NCBI GenBank assembly: GCA_051294375.1
Contig: CM119266.1
Location: 176,636 to 240,635, forward strand
Source of the DNA: Paraspadella gotoi
Taxonomy: Eukaryota; Animalia; Chaetognatha
Reading direction: 5' to 3'
Length of the DNA: 64,000 bases
Part shown: piece by piece, positions 58,201 to 64,000 of the stretch
Layout of the letters: each line of letters starts with the position of its first letter
Position numbering within the stretch: the stretch's first letter is position 1
Notes under the pieces: generated by a model
Told to the model about the DNA's origin: nothing
Database searches by the model: none
Seen by the model: only the letters and a program-made list of their open reading frames with translations
Program-made: the position numbers and the translations under genes

Positions 58201-61200
58201 AAATATAAATCTTTTTCAAAAATTATGTCATTAAATAGGTTAAAATTTTAAAAAATTATATTTTTAAGCTGGAAATTAAAAATCGGTATCTTAAATACAA
58301 TTTTTTATATTTTTGACCAACTTAATAAAATAATTTTCAAAAAAGAATTATACTTTCTTCTATCAACTTTTTGCAAGGAATTCAAATCCGATCTTGAAAT
58401 TTAAAAATTTTCATTTTGAAATTTTAGCTTATAATATACTTATTACTATATATAAATATAGCTCACTGGTGGCCACTATTGTATAAAATTAAAAAATAAA
58501 TTTACCACGACGACGACACTGACGACGTCACAAAGAAGCTGACCTGAATCAATATCGATTCTGAACCGGCTTCGCCGGTAGGCTCGATAAAAACAACTTT
58601 TGAACAATCAATGTTAAAGGCGTAACTTCCAAAACGTTCGAAGCTGGTCTTTCCCTCTCTCCCTTCCTCTCTTTCACTCGCCCATTCTCTCTCTCTGTTG
58701 ATCTTAGTCAGTAGCTTTTCTGTCTCACTACATGTCTGTGAATCCGCGATTAGAAATGGTTTGTCAAACTCACCATCGGATTCCACCTCGAACGTGAAAC
58801 AGTTTCCGTAGATGGAGTGATAAAATATCTTGAAGTCTTTTTCGATGACGCAGTCTTTCCGGTTGAACGTGCACTTGACGACCTGCTGGGGAATCGTTTC
58901 GTTGGTCGCTTTCTGTTGATCGAGGGATTTGTAGAATTGGAATCGTTTGTCCGTTGTTTCGGCGCTGAACGAGATCGGCCAGAGTTGTTGCGGGAGTTTG
59001 ACCTCTTCTGGGATTTCGAGACTCCCCCCTTGGTCATTTTGCTTAAGGCATTCTTTAGGGGAGAAGATAAAATGGAAATATCATGGCAAAGGAGGAACAT
59101 GTGTGGTGCCCGGGGTGTGAGGCATCTCCCGACAAGTCAATGGGACGATCTGAGTTTCACCAAGCTATATGGGTGGCAAATTTAGGAATCGCCACACTAT
59201 TGTCAATATCGCGATGTCAATTTAAATTTTTTTCTTAGATAAGAAAAAAATTGACCAGTCGTTCTCCAATTCAAGATTTTTACAATTTAATGAAATTCAC
59301 TAAATAATTCAGCTTATTACTTTTAGAAGCTAAGTCTAAGACTAAGAGGCCGGTCGTGTCATTTTAGCCAGTTGTATGTTTGTACGATCAAACAGAAACC
59401 AACATATTCAAGGTGTTTCTCCGCAGTGACTTTCTTTAATCACGTGAGCACACAGTACTCAAGTATGAAACATGTGCACCAAGCATCTTCCTGTTCATCA
59501 CTTATTTGTAAGCATCTTCCTGTTCATCACTTATTTGTAAATAAAAAATCTCTACTATGTAAATACAGACAAATAAAATATTCACTCATACCTTACCAGT
59601 CTGTCAAATATTAACCAAAATTATAAATTATGCCGATTTTCCAATTACCCTTCAGCGTTTCCTTAAATTTCGGATTGAGGTTGCACAGAGTGACCGCAGG
59701 AAAGGATCGTCCGCCGCCGTCGACCTCTCGATATTCGTCGAAGACAGGATACGTTAGGAAGTACAGAATGAGTTTTCCCAACAAGAAGAGAAAGACCAGC
59801 GCCAAAACCAAAATCAATAACCAACGCAGATGTTTCACATTCATTTTACTTGGCTGTTTTTTTCATAGGTACAACATAATTTGTTGGAAGTAAATATATG
59901 AAAAGCGTCTCACTCAATGGAAATTAAAGGATTATTTTGCATGTACATTGTACAGCGTAATTTTTTTTTTCAAATTTAAACAACTGGGCTCAGTTTCTCT
60001 TTTTATTTTGTGGCTCATAACGTCCGTGTTTGCCCGAAGTAAATAATAGTAGTCTTTCAAGCATTTCTTTATTTTTCTCTTTTTGCGATCTAAAGTTTTT
60101 CCGAGCGTTCGATTAAAAAAACTATTTGTGAGCGTTTGTGCACTTTAAAAATTAATACTTTCTAGACAAAGTTTTAGCTTTTTATCGATCGTAAAATGTT
60201 TTATTTTTTTTTGGGTTAAAGTTGTTAAAGTTTATTAACGGCGCAAGACAAAAAAACTTTTAATTTGATATAAAGAAAAAAAACTCATATTTATAACACT
60301 TTGATCTAATCCTCATACAACATAGTACATTCACCAATATATAATATGACAATGCCTGAATAATAAAAACTGCAAAAACTCCAAAAAAGCCGTTTCGCTC
60401 GTTTCCTCGATAAGTCAACAATTTCCAAAAAAGCAAATATGTTTAAACAAGGCGAAATAAAATCAGGTTTTCTAGGCGAGAAACGAAGTAGGAATCGATA
60501 TTCGGGAGCGACTGGGGCGAGAGCTTTGCCGACACTCGACTCGGATTGTGATGGACAAAATGTAAACAAATGTCTTTCCTCAATTGTCCCAACCTTTAAT
60601 GTATTCGTTGCAATTTGTTTATTTATTACGATTCTGTTCTCTCTAGTTCCGATTCGCTAGGATCGGAACACAAAACTGCTTCATCAATAAAAACGCACTA
60701 GAAGAAAATCTAATTATTAACGCCAATTGAAAAGAAAGATTACCAAATAAACCACTCAACTCAGTCAACAGACTTTTAACGATTACACTTGCACACTAGA
60801 GTGGAGCACTCAAAAACAAAAAAATTATTTGAATGATCGAACAAGGATATTTAGATGTGAGATAGTATGATTAACTAGTACCAAAAATTTTTTTTCATAT
60901 TGTTTCGAGAACAGAATAGTAAAATATAATATATTTTTAGTAATATTTTTATAACATAGTAAATTTAATTTTTTTTTTAAACTTTTAATATAGATTCAGA
61001 TTCTTCATAAAAAGTTGAATCAAAAATATAAAACATGTTATCAAAAATTCTGTCATCTTCAGCGTTTAAAACAAAAAAAAGTAAAAATTCATGACTTTTT
61101 TATTCTCTGTAGTAGAAACTTATATATGTTAAAACGTTTTCATCATTTTTATGATCCAAACATTAAAATATCATATAACATATTTTATAAAAGTTTCTTA

Positions 61201-62522
61201 GGTTTTTTCTGTGAATCCAAATCTGTTCTTAAAAATAAAAAAAAATATTTTAAAATTAATGATTTTATAAGGATATTAGTACATAAATAATTGAATTTAC
61301 TTTACTGTTATGCTAAAAAAAATTTTAAAAGGATTTAAAATTCATTAATTACATGTCCATAGGCAGCAAAAAAATAATGTTCAATCACTCAATCTTTTCA
61401 TCACTCCACCCAATTGCACACTTTTCAGGCGTTTCGAGGCGGCAGCGGAGGCAGCGGCGCCTCGGACCTTACCGCTTCACTGAGGTATCAATTTGTATTT
61501 TGCTTATTTTAGACATGTTAAGAGTTGCATTTACTTTCATAGATTACTAATACGACATTCCAATCTTTAGTGAATAGCCAATCATCCTATAAATAATATT
61601 TATTAATGCTTTTAATAGTTTTTGAACCTTGGCTTCTTTTCATTCCACCAATTTCAGATCCGCAGGAAGCGACGGCTACGGTTCCGCCTGCGGCCGCAAG
61701 CAAGGATTCCGCTACGATTCGGGTTTGTTCTCCGCTCATTCCACCTTCGCCCCAAACACTTTTCAAGCCTCCCCATTCCACAGTAAACCACCACAACGCA
61801 CCACATCTACGTCTGGCGGCGGGACTTTTCGAAGTGGCTGACGTAGGGACGAGCATCGTCTCGGCGCGTGACCCTTCCTTCGAGATCGGATCTGGACGGA
61901 GGCCAGTCTTCTCTTCGCTCTACAAGAGTCTGTCGGTCGAGGAAGAGGTAAGACAAAGACCCAGAGTCAGTCACCCTACCTTTATTTTTTCAGTTTGCCT
62001 CTCTCTACTTTGGTTTTAATTTGCTTGTCTCGGCTGTAAATTTTTAAACTAACCCCTTGTGGACGCAACAAGTTAACAAGTTAAATCCCATACATAACTG
62101 AAATATCGGAAATATCCACTTTCCCTTTCTATCTTTCCCCTTCCTTCCCTTGTCATCTTTACTTTCCCTTTCTTTTCCATTTTTCCCTTTTTTTCTTTCC
62201 TTCCTTTCTTACATCCCTCACCTTTCTTTCTTTCTCTCCCTTTCTGTTATTCTCCCTCTCCATTCCTCTCCTTTCCTTTTCTCCCTCTTACCTCCATTTC
62301 CTCTTTCTCCCCTCATCTCTCCCCTTTCCCAGGACGAGTACCGCCAGACGCCGTCCATCCGTCGCAGCGCCAATCAGTACAAAATGAGCTGCGCCGTCGG
62401 CAACGGAGACGACCTTCGCCATCTGGCGAGAGAAGAGGAGGTGGCGCTGTACCGGAGGAGAATTCAGAAGATGATGAGGAGATTCATACTCATGAACGGA
62501 GCTTGCGACGACCAGGAAAGGG
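25195..62522 (+). CDS. TRPC: TRPC-family transient receptor potential channel, partial at both ends. Exons 25195-25281, 25359-25516, 29914-30065, 30551-30732, 30816-30950, 31778-31856, 32223-32393, 33267-33414, [34971-35238 or 35697-35949], 38147-38317, and probably 61429-61484, 61658-61722, 61784-61947, 62333-62522
   Basis: Translated joins give pre-S1 MRCPMFKFM, S4-S5 LGPLQITLGRMIGDIGRF, S5 AFIVGLTNLLWYY, pore LFW.LFG, S6 NMLIAMM and TRP box DIEWKFSRTKLWLSY...LPVPFNI. The distal exons continue in phase to YRRRIQKMMRRFI, resembling the TRPC C-terminal rib helix. The link to the 61-62 kb exons is less certain than the core. Confidence 0.9.
25661..28595 (+). repeat. Dispersed repeat/TE copy with internal duplications, inverted relative to 36492-37765
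   Basis: Colinear reverse-complement matches at both ends and internally, e.g. AACGGTAAGTCCCAGCCAAACTATAAAA versus TTTTATAGTTTTGGCTGGGACTTACCGTT, plus the GATGATAATCA minisatellite block. Confidence 0.8.
31421..31640 (-). mobile_element. tRNA-derived SINE, copy 1 (full length)
   Basis: Near-identical to 56581-56813 in reverse. Flanked by the direct repeat ATATGAATGAATAT(A)TTGAAG, consistent with a target-site duplication. Confidence 0.8.
32745..32880 (+). repeat. Short dispersed element with a CCGCGAG..CTCGCGG hairpin and GTCG microsatellite (Helentron/HINE-like); inverted copy at ~39236-39379
   Basis: TTTTTAGTTGCGCCGCGAGTGCTCGCGGAGCA versus TGCTCCGCGAGTACTCGCGGCGCAACTAAAAA. Family assignment is inference. 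Confidence 0.6.
33553..33602 (+). pseudogene. Probable relic of a third TRPC pore/S6 exon
   Basis: Starts aaag|CATTGCG, like exon A aag|CATCGCC, and is followed by CTCATC..GGCCTCATGTCCCATTCCTTTGCCACAATT (LI..GLMSHSFATI versus LIAMMSHSFNSV). Frameshifted and has no donor. Confidence 0.5.
34971..35238 (+). CDS. TRPC pore/S6 alternative exon A
   Basis: taag|CATC...GTGCAG|gt, 268 nt, phase 2 to 0. Encodes IARTFETLFWPLFGVGG...YYLIMIIILINMLIAMMSHSFNSVQ. Confidence 0.9.
35697..35949 (+). CDS. TRPC pore/S6 alternative exon B
   Basis: aaag|CATC...ATTCAG|gtaaga, 253 nt, phase 2 to 0. Encodes ILKTFGVLFWSLFGMLK...FHLMMLIILLNMLIAMMSTSFNDIQ. Confidence 0.9.
36176..38042. mobile_element. Foldback-like element with ~250-bp terminal inverted repeats (36176-36424 / 37794-38042)
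   Basis: TGAGGCGACTTACCACC...CTTCTCCTCAC is mirrored by GTGAGGAGAAG...GGTGGTAAGTCGCCTCA with few mismatches. A solo terminus lies at ~39451-39480. Confidence 0.8.
36492..37765 (-). repeat. Second, inverted and shorter copy of the 25661-28595 repeat, lying inside the foldback element
   Basis: Reverse-complement similarity to 25661-26150 and 27900-28595. Confidence 0.8.
38849..42954 (-). CDS. Uncharacterised secreted, probably GPI-anchored glycoprotein with three internal repeats (~838 aa). Exons 42622-42954, 41369-42246, 39958-40999, 38849-39112
   Basis: Signal peptide MSKIFVVVVVVIFIARS, phase-consistent GT-AG joins, many N-x-S/T sequons and a G/N/D-rich insert. The C-terminus is a Gly-rich spacer plus TAAGMALILLWLLNV*. 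Confidence 0.8.
43471..43573. repeat. 27-bp tandem repeat, about 3.8 copies
   Basis: Unit TAAGCTTGTTTATCAACATGTTAAAGC. Confidence 0.95.
44627..45696. mobile_element. Non-autonomous hAT-like DNA transposon (~1.07 kb)
   Basis: 21-bp TIRs TAGGGTTCCGTTAACCGTTAA / TTAACGGTTATCGGAACTCTA with 2 mismatches. 8-bp TSD ATACCAAC at 44619-44626 and 45697-45704. Subterminal AACCGTTAA repeats; no transposase ORF. Confidence 0.88.
45974..46156 (-). mobile_element. tRNA-derived SINE, copy 2 (5'-truncated, inserted in another repeat)
   Basis: Matches 31421-31610. Its flanks match the uninterrupted repeat at ~60794-61047. Confidence 0.8.
46395..49227 (-). CDS. C16orf89: UPF0764/C16orf89-like protein, about 8 exons, with a 10-N gap inside
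   Basis: Motifs in the family order: MNLDGLFGLRVLEGQL, SDFCLVSLMGT, GYLTTHQLLY, DLFMEQLFVCGMLGF, RWQKDNGCFG, DGCLSHKTGVAIGAL. N-terminal hydrophobic signal present. Confidence 0.85.
50149..55021 (-). CDS. Expanded calmodulin/myosin-light-chain-like EF-hand protein (~800 aa, ~10 exons) with a Pro/Ala/Glu-rich N-terminus and long low-complexity inserts
   Basis: In-phase exons give EFTGYFK|GLDKFNAGIIGERDILPWMQMCGLIPSHADVEK|IL...GGNVNFEQI for the N-lobe and LTEAYK|AFDSDQAGYLTYNQ|VRAACCVMGEPMDEYDFEEMFNIGDMEKSGQFYYEDVV for the C-lobe. Confidence 0.8.
53390..53590. repeat. 16-bp tandem repeat, about 12 copies, intronic
   Basis: Unit CCGATTGATTTGATGA. Confidence 0.95.
55274..55620. mobile_element. 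MITE-like element with ~55-bp imperfect TIRs
   Basis: TTTTGCCAGATATTTCGACTTATTTTTTAAGTCATCATCAGTGGTAAAAGATAT versus ATATCTTTTACCACTTATGATGACTTTAAAAATAAATCGAAATATTTGGCAAAA. Confidence 0.7.
55983..59844 (-). CDS. Degenerin/ENaC family ion channel subunit (~7 exons; 5' end uncertain)
   Basis: TM1 followed by YP...FPAVTLCNLN, CTFNRKDC...YHSIYGNCFTF, GPNDGLILIL, EAGFKIVVH, CLYSRLLNETLDQCDCWP, CFVPCFET and TM2 FFSDLGGLLGLLLGFSFLTIVDLLEL. Confidence 0.92.
56581..56813 (+). mobile_element. tRNA-derived SINE, copy 3 (full length)
   Basis: tRNA-like head at 56614-56687 (GCGGCCA...TGGTCGC-CA, A-box-like TGGTGCCGGAGG, T-arm CCGGGGTTCTAGCCCGG). TCAAAAGT is duplicated on both sides. Confidence 0.8.
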
Positions 62523-62538
62523 GTGAGAAAGTGACTCA

Positions 62539-62573
<35 letters not shown>

Positions 62574-62684
62574 TCTCTCTCCGTGTCTCTCTCTCTCCGG
62601 GAGACGAAAAATAATAATGCCGAAAACGTAAGAGAGAAGTTTAAAAGATCAACCAGGTTTGAAGCTAATTTGGAACCATGGAAG

Positions 62685-62771
<87 letters not shown>

Positions 62772-63074
62772 GACTGACGGACAGAGGGACAGACTGACCA
62801 AAACAGAAGTATGCTGGGCAGACAGACAGTAAAAGATGGAAAAAGACGAAGAAAACGAAAGGCAGATAGACAAATAGGCAGAAAAGGATACCGACAAACG
62901 GAAGGAACGTAGGATAAACAGACAGACAGCCAGATAGACATACAGACCGACAGACAGACGGACCAGGTTCGAAAGAGGTCAGTCAATTCTGGAACCGAGG
63001 GAAGGACGATCTCCTTGCAATTCTCTTCTCCGTTGAATAGAAAATCCGACGTCTTCCTTTGAATGGGAGGACGA

Positions 63075-64000
63075 GAGGAGGGAGCGGGGAGGAGGAGGAG
63101 GAAGAAGGAAGGTGAAAAGTGAAGGGAGTGGGGGCGGGGAGGAGGAGGAAGAAGGGAAGGTGAAAAGTGAAGGGAGTGGGGGCGGGGAGGAGGAGGAAGA
63201 AGGGAAGGTGAAAGTGAAGGGAGTGGGGGCGGGGAGAGGAGGAAGAAGGGAAGGAGGAGGAAGAAGGTAAGTGAAAAGTGAAGGAGTGGGGCGGGGAGTA
63301 GGAGGAGAGGAAGAGGAGGAGAGGAAGGTGAAAGTGAAGGAGGGGGGGGGGCGGGGGAGGAAGGAGGAGGGGAAAAGGGAAGGGAAGGTGAAAAGTGAAG
63401 GGAGTGGGGCGGGGAGGAGGAGGAAGAAGGGAAGGTGAAAGTGAAGGGAGTGGGGCGGGGAGTAGGAGGAAGAAGGGAAGGAGGAGGAGAAGGTAAGGTG
63501 AAAAGTGACGGAGTGGGGCGGGGAGTAGGAGAAGAAGGGGAAGGAGAGGAATTAAGGGAAGGTGAAAAGTGAACGGGAGTGGGGGCGGGGAGTAGGAGGA
63601 AGAAGGAAGGGTGAAAAGTGAAGGGAGTGAGGGGTGAGGGAGGAGGAGAAGAATGGGAAGGTGAAAAGTGAACGGGAGTGGGGGCGGGGAGGAGGAGGAA
63701 GAAGGGAAGGTGAAAAAGTGAAGGGAGTGGGGGCGGGGAAGTAGGAGGAAGAAGGAAGGTGAAAAGTGAACGGAGTGGGGGCGGGGAGGAGGAGGAAGAA
63801 GGAAGGTGAAAAGTGAAGGGAGTGGGGGCGGGGGAGAGGAAGAAGAAGGAGGTTGAAAAGTGAAGGAGTGGGGGCGGGGAGGAGGAGGAAGAAGGGAAGG
63901 TGAAAAGTGAAGGGAGTGGGGGCGGGAGTAGGAGGAAGAAGGGAAGGTGAAAAGGGGAACGGAGTGGGGGGGGAGGAGGAGGAAGAAGGGAAGGGTGAAA
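63075..64000. repeat. Purine-rich ~48-bp minisatellite running off the window end
   Basis: Unit approximately GGAGGAGGAAGAAGGGAAGGTGAAAAGTGAAGGGAGTGGGGGCGGGGA. Confidence 0.95.

Overview
Eukaryotic (invertebrate animal-like) genomic DNA with AT-rich, microsatellite-laden introns, GC-rich short exons and three N-gaps; the taxon cannot be named from this window. Most ORFs in the supplied track are microsatellite or antisense artefacts, so the genes were rebuilt by hand from GT-AG exons. Left of the first gap (24437) are the last exon of an EF-hand protein (+) and three co-oriented actin-cytoskeleton genes (-): a two-repeat WH2/beta-thymosin gene missed by the ORF track, ARPC1, and talin. Right of the gaps is a TRPC-family channel gene (+, at least 25195-62522). 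Its whole pore helix, selectivity filter and S6 module occurs as two tandem, divergent exons whose phases make them mutually exclusive (34971-35238, 35697-35949), with an apparent relic of a third. Its ~23 kb intron appears to host four antisense genes: an unrecognised repeat GPI glycoprotein, a C16orf89-like gene, an expanded calmodulin/myosin-light-chain-like gene and a DEG/ENaC channel. Other highlights are a candidate single-nucleotide exon in the thymosin gene, long inverted repeats around the TRPC transmembrane exons, a tRNA-Gly-derived SINE with a 5' hairpin leader, and a hAT-type element. All gene models are manual and unverified by transcript data.
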